Source of the DNA: Blasia pusilla
Taxonomy: Eukaryota
NCBI GenBank assembly: GCA_050084515.1
Contig: CM114271.1
Coordinates: 5,642,001-5,706,000 of the forward strand
Direction: 5' to 3'
Length of the DNA: 64,000 nt
Position numbers and translations under genes: made by a program. The notes beneath the pieces are model-generated. The model made no database searches, had not been told where the DNA came from, and was given only the letters and a program-made list of their open reading frames with translations. Every line of letters begins with the position of its first letter. Within the stretch, counting starts at the first letter, position 1. This document shows positions 26,628-37,800 of the stretch, in pieces.

Positions 26628-28730
26628 GTTGGGTGACGTCGATTGGCAAAAACTCCCCACCCAAGGCTCTTAAGCTTGGCAACTTGTTAGACAAACTAGA
26701 CCTCGAGAGGGTGAAATACCCAAAAGGGTGAACCCAAGGAGTCAATTCCGGTGAAGAGGAAGGTAAGAAAAGACGCTCGGAGGAAGGTCATGGGGATTCA
26801 ACCGCCCATGAGTTTCAATAAGGTTCAGCGAGCCATCTTCAAGTCATTGAAAGACCAACCGTAAGTCTAGATGGACTATATAGTTGGGGAGACCATAAAG
26901 GTATGTAGTTCAAATTTGGTTGGATCCTCAAGGTATCAATTTGGAGATGTAAGGAAGGAGTTACTCGTGTATAGGACGAGCTAGATATCAAGCATCTCAA
27001 TCAATAGGCGACAAAGGTAGAGCATTTTTTGGGTCTTACCAAGTTCTAAGATCTATGTGGGAAGTCACGGCTCTTTGAAATTAGAGGAATATTCACTCAC
27101 ATAGTATCAAGAACTTTTGAAGGACCAAAACACCAAGGAGCTGGATTGGGGGTGCTCACCTAAGAAATGAGGTTGTGTTTGGTACCCAAGCCAGAAGTAG
27201 ATTGCAACAAAAGTAGTTAGGAGGCTTGATGGCAATTTCATTACTTGGTTCCAAGAGACATTGGTAGTGATTGAAAATATGTAAAAAATTGATCAAATCG
27301 TCAACTTTGTAGAGGCAATGCCACCCAAGTTGCAATAGAAACTGAGGGAGAAAAGTGCTATATCGGCAACCAAGTTTGGGAAACTAAAGATGGTCATTGA
27401 CATGGGAGTGCTAATAATCGACATAGAGCAATTGCAAGTTGTGATCTATGCAGAAGGATATCCGGGAACCACCTCAACTCATAGGGTTGAACATTAAGTT
27501 GGTGATCCCAAGAGTGGAAGCCCAATTTAGCACTAGGAAAAATTTTCTAGTATGTAGCTTATGCAAGTAGATATGAGTTTATCACTAAGGTTTTTGCGTA
27601 GACATGCCTTAGTGATTAGATCAGCCAAAGGCATATAAGAGGTTCCTCTTGGTGATGGAAATGCTATGTGGATTCTTGAGGTTCAAAGCCCAAAAATTGT
27701 GTCCTCAAATTTTGAGGATTAATCAAGTAAAGCACATTCTTGAATTGATTTCGGCCAAGAAATATGAAAAGGATGTCAAAGGGGGTTTCCAATTTTCGGG
27801 AATCACGTTGAAAATTGAGGAGTCTGAATTGGATAACGCACCACTAAAGGAGGAACTAAATGGAAACCTTATGCCTAGAGTGTAGAAAATCGTGGAAGGG
27901 TTTGGAGATGTCTTAACTAGGGAACTTTTGAAAGGGTTTCCACCTAGGTGAGATGTGGATTATAAGATTTAACTCAAATCTAGAATGGCCTCATTCGTTA
28001 GGAAACTATGGAGGAAAGTGGGATCATTCACCCGAGTAAGTCAGTGTTTGGAGCCCCTTCTCTTTTCATCTTGAAGAAAGATGGATCCATGTGCTTGTGC
28101 GTGGATTACAAGGCGTTGAACAAGAAGACCATCAAGAACAAGTATCTTTTTTCCTTTTCCAAATGACTTGCTTGATGCGGTGTCGGGATCCAAGTATTCC
28201 ATTTGTATGTCACCTTCTCTGATTCTTTGTGTCAACATGAGGATCGCTATGCAATCATCTGTTGGTTGATCATGGGGGTCGCCATAATTCTTACCTTTCA
28301 CATTTTCCATCGAGAGTTTTGGCGTTGGGATTCAAAACTCGAACCAAGTCCAATAGAGTGGATTTTGGAGGTCCCTATTGGATTCCAACCTATGACTCAT
28401 ATTAATGTTGGGTCTTGATATGGGAGCTCATGCGAGATCCATAGGACATTTGGGACCGCTAGGAGCCAAACGCCTTTTTAGGTGCATTAACTAACCAGAA
28501 AGTCTATCCCAAGTCTTGGAAGACTTGCCCGCGTTGGGAAGCTAGGAATGAGGGAAGGTTGAGCTTGATAAGGTTTCGAGTTGAGAACTCAGTGGGTTGG
28601 ATGGCCGGTTGACCTAGACCAAACTAACGTGAATGTGTTTGGGTGCAAATCGATGATGAGAGTGTGTCCTACTGAACGTACATTTCCGCAACACTAGAGA
28701 TTGACCTTTGAGGGGAATAGGCACATGACA
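26628..28730 (+). mobile_element. Deleted and degenerate Ty3/Gypsy remnant ending in a partial LTR
   Basis: RT N-terminus at 28021-28200 ([38 protein letters not shown]). 28310-28730 aligns by eye with the 3' part of the solo LTR at 50340-50701 and ends ...CACATGACA. Confidence 0.8.
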
Positions 28731-29989
28731 CTTGTGCCACCATTTTTGCTTGAGCAAACTCTCATATACGATCTGTACCTATAACATCGGCTACCACCAT
28801 CTCAACCTCTAATGTCATATAAAGATCAATATAAATGAGGGAATCCGACATGGAGTAACGCCATTCTCTCTACACGTGAAACTTGCTCTTGCGTGCAATA
28901 CAAATAATGATATTCCACACAACATCGTAAGTTGCAATCCTCTCACCCCCAACTAGATAATATCTCAAATGCATAGTGAAAGAATGTAGGCTTCAGTGAC
29001 ACTCACAATGTATCAAATCAACCATAGATGATTGGGAAAGGCGTAGATAAAACCGCATCATTGTAGTCAAACAAGGCATCTTGAATAGGTGCAACTTGGC
29101 CCTCATTAGGAACCAAAATATATGTTGTGGTGGTGATAAACCCGGCCTATTGGGGGATGTCAGAGATCACCTCAGATAGAATCGCCCGGATGAAGGAGTC
29201 ATACTCGAGACTAGCCTTGATTTGCTTCGAGAAATTTTGCAAAGAGTCGCATTTGAAGAGTCCGAAAATACTTCCTCGCATTGGAGATCCTCGCATATAT
29301 GACAAAAAAAATTAGAGGAAAAAATACCAGAGAGTTGCCCGTTTCTTAATCTTCAAAATCCCTATTGTAACAATTCCGAGTGCCCCAAAATTCCATGATC
29401 TTTGATATCTTCACTCTATGTCTAATGTTTCCGAGCTTAGCAATGATTTTTGTTGTTACGGAGAAACTTCAATATTTACTTTTAACAATCTATATAGTTA
29501 AAAGAAGATGATATTTTAATAAATTCTTTTTTACTTACCATTTCGAAATCGCTCTCAAGTCATAATACAAATTGCGTGCCAGTTTAAGAATATAATAAAT
29601 ATAATAAATTCATACAATCGGTTATTTCCGCGTGTCGGCATTCGGTCCTAATACTGGCTAGCTATGGTTTTAGCGTAAAGAACTTGACATCTACCCCAGC
29701 CTGTTCGTCAGATTACTGGCCAGCCTAATAATCAGCCCGGTCAGGTTCCGGCGAGGTACTTGCTCTCCGGTCCATTCTGCAAGATCAGTTTAAACTTCTA
29801 CTCTCGGAAGCAACCGGCTAGCGTTACCTGAAACGCCGGTTGTCTGCAGGCATCCGGGGGGGTTCTGGCACGAGTCTCGCGACGTCGCGGCCAGAACTGG
29901 CGCAGAATCTTCAGGAATTCAAGGCCTCTCAGCCTCTCAGGAAGAGATGTGACGAGGACGACGAAGATCGAGGAAGAGTACGAGGAGAG

Positions 29990-30570
29990 TGTTGGGCTGA
30001 TCTGAAGAGGACGAGTCGAACAGGAGGAGAAGAAGAAAGCCTCAACGGGAAGAAAAGAGAATGTCGAGCTGATCTGAGGAGGACGAAGGGGATGGGCGAG
30101 GAGAAGGAGGAAAGGTGCGACTGATCGGAGTAGGACGACGGACAGGGAGGAAGAGGAGCAGAAGATGAAAATGTCCGATTGATCTGAGGAGGACGAAGGA
30201 GATTGAGGAAGAGAGGAAGAAGAAGAGGTCATATTTACCTGACGAGGACGAAGGAAGAGGAGGGAAGTGCGTACTGATCTGAGGGGGAGGAAAAGGACAA
30301 AGTCGGAGCGACTGGTACGAGAAGAAGAACAGGTCCGATTGATCCGAGAGGTCGAAGAATCGACGACGAGGAGAGAAGAGAACTAAGCAGCACCTGCTCG
30401 ACGACGGAGGTACGGGCGGGCGAAGGAAGAGGAGGGAAGCGCGTACTGATCTGAAGGGGAGAAAAAGGACCGAGTCCGAGCGACTGGTGCGAGGAGGTCG
30501 AAGAAAAGACGACGAGGAGAGAAGAGATCTAAGCATCACCTGCTCGACGACGGAGGCACGGGCGGGCGAT
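29990..30570 (+). repeat. GA-rich degenerate tandem repeats in the LOLITA 5' region
   Basis: Repeated (C/T)TGATCTGAGGAGGACGAAGG motif, plus a ~150-170-bp duplication (30250-30423 vs 30422-30569) ending just before the ATG. Confidence 0.8.
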
Positions 30571-30577
30571 CGCAGAC

Positions 30578-31021
30578 ATGTTACTGGTGGTCTTGATCGC
30601 GACGCGATCCGGGACCGTCCTATTGGAGCGCTACCACGGGCTTCCCACCGACGAGAGGCAGCAATGGCGCTCGTTTCTGCTCAAGCTCACAGCAGAAAAC
30701 CTGAAATCCGCCCGCGATGATGAGCATTTTGTGGCCTCGCATAAGGCCGTGTTCGCCGTATACGCTGCCCTCGGTGAAATATGTCTCTTCACCGTCGGTA
30801 AGGACGAGTACGACGAGCTGGCCCTTGTGGAGGTTCTGTCTGCCATCAGCTCGTCTATCAGAGACGTGTGCAAGCGGCCCCCGAGCGAGCGGCTCTTTCT
30901 GGAGAAGTACGGGAAGGTGTGTCTGTGTGTGGATGAGATTGTGGTGCAGGGGAGACTGGAGCAGACGGACAAGGATCGCGTGCGGAGGCTCGCGAGGTTG
31001 AAGCCTCTGGCAGAAGCGTGA
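30578..31021 (+). CDS. LOLITA: TPLATE/TSET complex longin/sigma-like small subunit (LOLITA/TSPOON), 147 aa, intronless
   Basis: ERYHGLP.DERQQWRSFLLKL.AENLK, VGKDEYDELAL.E, PPSERLFLEKYGKVCLCVDEIV.QG.LEQTDKDRVRRL.RLKP. Sequence and length match my recollection of plant LOLITA. Confidence 0.9.
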   Translation: MLLVVLIATRSGTVLLERYHGLPTDERQQWRSFLLKLTAENLKSARDDEHFVASHKAVFAVYAALGEICLFTVGKDEYDELALVEVLSAISSSIRDVCKRPPSERLFLEKYGKVCLCVDEIVVQGRLEQTDKDRVRRLARLKPLAEA

Positions 31022-32099
31022 TTCTGCAGGTGATTAAGTAGTTGCATTTGTAGATGGAGTCCAAAGGGATCGAGCTTCCAGGGCTTGGAATTTTGAATAA
31101 TGGCAGTTTGGACTATGAAATGATTGAGAGGCGGACTGCAATTTTTTTAATTTTAGAAAGCAGAAGTGAGATTCTGCACCTTGAATCTTCTGTGGACGGA
31201 CGGCCAGCACGGGACAGAGAACTGTGATCTCTGCCTGGATGAGATCGTGGTGCAGGGAAGGCTGGAGCAGACAAGACGTATAAGTACGAGACGGACTTTG
31301 AATCCTCTCTGCAAGGACGACCAATTTGGGACATGGCGTTTTGGGATCATGGGCTGCTTGCTCGGACAACTGCAAGTGTTGTGGGCAGAAGGAGGGCCGA
31401 GCCAGAACTGAGTTTCTGGACCTTGAATCCTCTGTGGACGGACGGACGGCCAGCATGAGACTCGAGCTGTGATGGATAGTAACCGCAAGTTATGCTCGAC
31501 CTCTCCAGTGGATAGGATGAACTGAATTTCCCTCTGCCCAGTCGGAGGCTGACTTGGCTGAAGTGGGTGAGCTCCTCCCCATCACGGTGAAGTCTACATC
31601 TGCAATCCCGTTCCTCCACTATGCAACAATGAGATCACACCCATGAGGCCTAAGGGTTCATGTGGACTCAGCACTGTAGAAGAGTTAGAAGCAGGAGCGC
31701 GTCAGAAACGAGACTTCAGATATTTCTGCACTGCCATCTAGAGTAGTCAATACGAGATGAAATACGATGCAATGCAGTTCGAACATTGAGAGTGGTGACA
31801 GGCTCGCCCTTTGGAGGAGTTTTGCCCAAGCAAATGCAAAGATGGTTTGCTCTCTCATTGCAACCAGAGAGCCTGGCCTCTTGTAGTTGTATGAGGACTC
31901 TTCTTTACGGCCAATGGTGGGTTTGTATGGCTTATAACTGAGAAATCCTTTTCCAGTGCTGTCAAAGCTCACTCCCCACCAGCTGTGTACTACAAATTGG
32001 GTGTCTTGACGGGTGAAGAGTTTTTTTAGAGCTCGGAGTAAATTTCCCGAAAGCAAATCTTCTCTCTCTCTCCCTCATTCTGAAAATATGAGAACTGTA

Positions 32100-32378
32100 C
32101 CCTTTGCTAATCTTTTCGTTTCAAATTTCCATCTCGTCTCCTTTCTGCATGTGGAAAACTCTCTATCCCAACGCCTAATTTGGGTAGGATAAATGTGTTC
32201 TATTCCTCCCTTGTTTTAGGAGACCAAAGTCTTCCACTTCGAAATGGACATCAGTCATTCTCAATTGTCCATGAAAGCGCACTTCCACCAGTCTTTACAA
32301 AGCCAGACTGTCTTGCGGAGTTTGTGGAGAAAGGAGACTAGATGGAAATTTGTAATGAAAAGATCCGGAGAAGAACAT
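32100..32378. mobile_element. MITE-like element with ~40-bp imperfect terminal inverted repeats
   Basis: TCTTTTCGTTTCAAATTTCCATCTCGTCTCCTTTCT (32111-32146) is nearly the reverse complement of AGAAAGGAGACTAGATGGAAATTTGTAATGAAAAGA (32328-32363). Confidence 0.6.
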
Positions 32379-32604
32379 AGGCTAGAATTCCTCTAAAGGA
32401 CAAAATATTGATTAGGGATCAAATGTAGGTGGTATAATTTTTGGATTGAATTTACTTGACATTTATATTATTATTGGAGAGTGCCTTCTTGATTTGTAAA
32501 CATTTTTTATTTGACACGTGGCAATTGGGGCAACAAGAAAAATGATTCAAATGTTACGGGCGGCCCAAAATTTTTTAATTTATGTGGATTATCATCGATC
32601 TCTT

Positions 32605-32676
32605 TTCTGCACGGGCTTCACACTAGTTCTTCAAACACTTTTTATTTCCCATACATCACATGGGCACTTTACTAGT
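32605..32676 (+). mobile_element. Two adjacent Helitron-like 3' termini
   Basis: GCACGGGCTTCACACTAG|T and CCCATACATCACATGGG-CACTTTACTAG|T (hairpin or hairpin remnant followed by CTAG and T). Confidence 0.45.
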
Positions 32677-33516
32677 ATCTTTTTATGATATAGAAATCAA
32701 TGACAACACTATTCGGATTTGAAAATCTAAATGTCACCATTTCGGAGTGTGCTCTCATTTGCTAGTTCTACAAATCTCTTTTTGCCACTAGGCACCATAC
32801 CAGGTGGTCTTTTAGATTGGTAAATAGGAATTTTGGAATTTTAGATACCTCATTGGATTATTAAGTTTTACAAAACTAGATGGGAAGGAAGATTTCTTTC
32901 ACCCACCACCGATGTTAAAAGCCTTCCTCCTCATCTAGATTAGTTGGATGAAACTAAACTATTAGAGGGGACATGTGTCAAAACCAGGGACAACCCAAAG
33001 GGCAGGTGTCGAGGAGAGAGACGTTTGCTCTTGAGACTCCTACCACCAATAATATTATAAATTCTTTTTTCCTTGAGTCACCGTAATTATTATTTCCCTA
33101 TGGCTAATGGAAAACTAGCATGCATTGGAACAATTCTAACCTCTCCAAATTCAATTGTGATTTAAAGTTATCCTGCTTGGTTAAGTCCCAAACACAGCAT
33201 TGCTGTAAATTATTTTCTGTAATCATTTTCAGTTGTCATTTTAAATAATTTACTGGGTAAGAAGGTGAAAAATATTATTGATTGAATACACCAAATGTAT
33301 AAGAAGAATTTGTAAAATGAAAGTGCATTCTCAAATGACAATATAAATTGTTCACATATTATTGTTTGGTATCCTTAAATTTCAAATATGACCTAATGAA
33401 TATTGTTGTCATATATCCATCATTTCTTCTTTTATTTCCCCTAAATTTGGATCAAAAAACTGCTAACATCCGAGAAGTGAGATTAAGAAAGTCTTTGAAC
33501 TTTCTCCGGACGCTGA

Positions 33517-33968
33517 CATGCAAGAAAATGCCCATATTCCATCATCAATCTATCATTTCCACATGACTGCACACAAACAATCTATCCTTTGTGTGCAATT
33601 ACGTGGAAATGATAGATCGATGATGTTTGAGAATGCAACTTGGAGACATTACAATGTGCAAAAGCCGAAATAATTTAGGGTTATTCATTTGTTCACTTTA
33701 GTTTCATCAACCATTAGTGGTCTATGACTCAAATTATATGAATTGAATTATATGAATTAGTTGACCACTAATGGTTGATGAAATTAAAATGAACAAATGA
33801 ATAACCCCAAACTATTTCGGCTTCTGCACATTGCAATGTCTCCTAGTTGCATTCCCAAACATCATCGATCTATCATTTCCACATAACTGCACACAAAGGA
33901 TAGATTGTTTGTGTGCAGTTATGTGGAAATGATAGATTGATGATGCGATAGGGACATTTTCTTGCATG
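33517..33968. repeat. Long nested inverted repeat (foldback)
   Basis: Arms 33517-33722 and 33763-33968 are near-perfect reverse complements around a ~40-bp spacer. Each arm contains its own ~85-bp hairpin. Confidence 0.95.
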
Positions 33969-34808
33969 CTGATGAGAAAGAAACAGATGTGGTTGCAATT
34001 AAAGCACAAGCCGTTCAAGAAAATCGAATTCAAGCTGTATGGTGTGCAAACACTTCGATGTCTTAAGTACATCCATCAACAATGAGAGGGCAATGCACAG
34101 ATTTACATAGAAGACAGTTTTATTATTTAGAGTCCCTTCCATTACCGTAGAGCCAGGGACAAAATTCTTCTAACTTTTGCACTCACCTGATCCTCCCATC
34201 CTGACCTACTGCCGATATTACTGCCATCCACGCCCCACATACCTGTCTGAAAGAAGTTTCCTGAGCCATATGTGGAATGTTCACCTCAATTGATTGGAGT
34301 GAATTGCTGTCAGGCAGAGAATCCAGGAACATATGGGACTATCACCAGACCTGATCCTGATCTTTGTTAGTTGTGGCTGGTGTTCCATATATGAGGAAGA
34401 CAAAGTATCAAGCTTAGAGTTACGAATTATGTGTTATCATGAGAACAGGAATATAGAAACGAAATCACTGAGGAACTCTAGGGGAGTGCCAGTTAACAGA
34501 TGCACTTCCTCAGACGGTTTCAGGGAATTGTTACAAATCTGAAGAAAAATAACAATCCAATACACATCCGACCTTCACAGAGAGAGTCAAGAAGTGATTT
34601 TTCAGTGTCCTCTTTCGGCCAGAATTTGCAGATAAGACTTTCTGGGATGCTGAGATGGTGTCCAAGGGACTAGCACTAGCCTTCAGATCTTTACTCAACC
34701 ATGTCCAGCTCCCAGGGCTCTTGGAATGCTTCACCTTCCTAATTTTCACGGGTTAAGGAAACCCTTCCTATAAGACTTCTGTTGGCTGCTCCAACATGCA
34801 AAAATGTT

Positions 34809-37800
34809 TTAATGTTCCTTCACAACTGCTACTGGAAAACAAGGATGTTGGGAAAACTCAAAGGACACCCGGCGGTTGTCACCAGGTCCTGCCTGGTGTG
34901 CTGTGAGCAAAGCCTTGCAATTTTCATTGGCCACCTGCTCCATTAAGTGGATATCTACTCCTCTCTGTCCCCTGCTTACAGACTCCATTTTACTGGTTCG
35001 GGCAACTGCTTTAGATAATTCTTGAACATGCTGCTGCACTGCCATAAAATGGTCATACGATGCTTCATAAAGTTCTTTTATCTGCAGCAGCCACAAACAT
35101 GACCATCAGTAACAGTGGCTTACCGGAAACAGTAAGCATGACCATCAGTAACAAACTTCCTCAGGTTCTCCACTTTGAAGTTCTCTGAGATTGTACATCT
35201 CAATCAATCCTAGAGATAGCAGCATCCACAGCACATCATTACCGATTGAAATTTGTGCCGGATGGCTTCCCTGAAGTCGAAATATGTCATTGGTTCTGGT
35301 ACAACAATCTTGTGAAGAAGCTCAAATCTTTGAGTAAATCTCTGCAGGGGAAAAAAGATACAAGTCCCACACAAGAGGATATGTCAGGCACTTCTGCAGT
35401 CCCCATCTGACATGACTGAGCAGTCATCCCAGTTCATAAGGAGACACTGTCCACCTGCCCAGTTAGAAACAGTAACAAAGGAAATTACCGGATTTCTTAG
35501 AAAGTATAAAATACAAAGAAGTACTGTCAAAGCCCTCATACCTCCAGCTCAGAATTGAAAATTGTTTCACGATACACAATTTTGTGATCAGCAGTAAATG
35601 CTGCAAGCATCTGCATACACATAATGTCAGTACAGAATAAGTTCTTGCTTTCTAAGAAGTGGTTGAAAACTTTTATGAAAAATCATTAGAAGAGCTTGGA
35701 GCATGCAAAAAATCTATCTGTGTATTTACATAAACCACTGATAATGAAATTAAGTGTAAATTAAGATTTTTGCACCCAAACACAGAAGATATACAATTTG
35801 ATGGTCAGAACTTCTGGTGATTGTGAGCAATCCAAGAAAACATTGCATCTCCTGGAGGCTCAGGACAAGTGGCATTGGCTATACAAGCAAAGGTAGTGAA
35901 GTTACCCAAATGAAGCCTTTGCAGAGGTCAATGTAGCATTGAAGTAGCAGAACTCCAGCCGTGAAGCGTATCTCCTTATTCACAGCAGTCTTTACAGGTC
36001 CCCCTTTCTTCTTCTTCCCCTTCTTTTTGGCTGATGATGATAACAACAGAGAAAGCGATGCCTTCCGTGTGAGCCTATGGAGGCAACGAAAAGGGTCATG
36101 ATGTGATTCTGAATGCATTCTAACCCTGCTCTACACCCCTTTCTAGGTTCTTCGAGATTGATGATAGAATTATGGGCTTCTCTTTTCCATGGCACCTAAA
36201 TATCCTGGATTTAGCTACTACATACCAATATTTCCAACGCCCTCATATCCAGTAATTTAAAAACATGCTTCTTTTTCTTTAGAATCCAGCAAGGAAACAT
36301 CACTTCTATTCCTTCCTCAATGATTCTGCTCAGTACCTTTAAGACCCTGCTTGCACTTATCCAAGTTCATTAAATTTCAAACAAAAAAAGTTGGAAGCCT
36401 AAATCTGGCCATGCTCTTTCAAAAACTATAAAGAAATCCTAACCAAATGTTCAGAGGTATATTTAAGCTGTTCCAGGATGGCATAGGAAATCCACACAAG
36501 CTCTAGTGAGATATTTTCTTCTCACCTGATTCCGGGGAAGTATCAATTGATTTTACAAGCTCCAGCTCGGACAAGCGTCTCTCTTTAGCTAGCTTGTAAT
36601 GTAACAGTGTCAGCAACGCATGATCCAAATACCTGATGTAATCATCAAGAATGGATTTTAAGACATTTCAAAAAACTCAACAGAACAACTACTAATAACA
36701 TCATCGAGTAGATGTCTGAGATTATGTAGCAACTTATCTTGCTTGGCTCTTGCTGCTTCTCCATATAAGACTATACCAATCAGAGGAAAAGGATGTACAA
36801 ATGAAGTAACACTATCTTATTTTCACTTACTAGCTGCATAAAAAGGCAAAAACGTGGGTCGTCTTCCTAGAGGATTAGAATAATCACTCCACTTAACCAA
36901 AGATGTGGATACAGAACTCTGTGAAGATACCAGTCTTACCAGTACACCATGCAGTACTCATTTGGAGAGTACAGCTCAAGCTCAAAACCTAGCAACAGAA
37001 AGTGTGTGACCACCCAGCACAACTGCTCGGCTGCCCAACCCAACACAATATCATCTGTCCACCCACTCTGCACAGGTGATTGACCAGACGATCGTATTAA
37101 ACTTCTGTGAAAGAGATCTAGTCCTCACACCTACAGAGCGTTTGATGCACAAATCTACTGAGATCTTCCAGCACTTTAAAATACGAAAGGGCCAGTGGAC
37201 ACCCGTGCAATCCACAGGTTCAAGATAGAGAATTTTAAATTACCCGTTATTACTGTAAAAATGTGACTACTGACTTAACCGACCACCCGAACTGTTAACC
37301 TACTTCTTGAATCAACCTTGTTGGCTGAGAGGGCCAGGTGTCAAGAGGCGAGGTGGTCAAAAATCAAGAGGGCACTCTCACATAATAATATAAATAGATG
37401 TCACATAAATAGGTAGCAACATACACAACAGCTCGAGTTTAAAATTTTGGGTGGAGACAGGCACACTGTCCATCTCATAGTTGTAGCCCTTAAAGTAAGA
37501 GAATATTTTTGGGTAGTTACATAACAAACAACCTCACAATACACATAAACATGTTTCTGACATGTGATGAACCTCTGGGCCTACTTCCTATCAGCCAGAC
37601 AGTCTAATTCAGGGAATAGGTTTCATAAGATCATCAGATTGCAATAACACTGTCGCACCTTTTCAGACTGAACACCTAGGCTGCTTCTTCGCAAGGAGCT
37701 TTCTCGGCTGAATTCTGCCTGTCAACGCATAAAAGACTGTTCAGAATGACTATCGCTGAAATACATGAAAATATTTGTGTGTTGTAACTGTAACACTACT

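Noticed and set aside
29798-30539. Ser/Arg/Glu-rich ORFs on both strands upstream of LOLITA
   Set aside because: They arise from GA-rich tandem repeats, with no domain and shifting frames.
30578-31021. Coatomer zeta (COPZ) assignment
   Set aside because: Same longin/sigma fold, but the motifs (WRSFLLKL, GKDEYDELAL, TDKDRVRRL.RLKP) fit LOLITA/TSPOON better.
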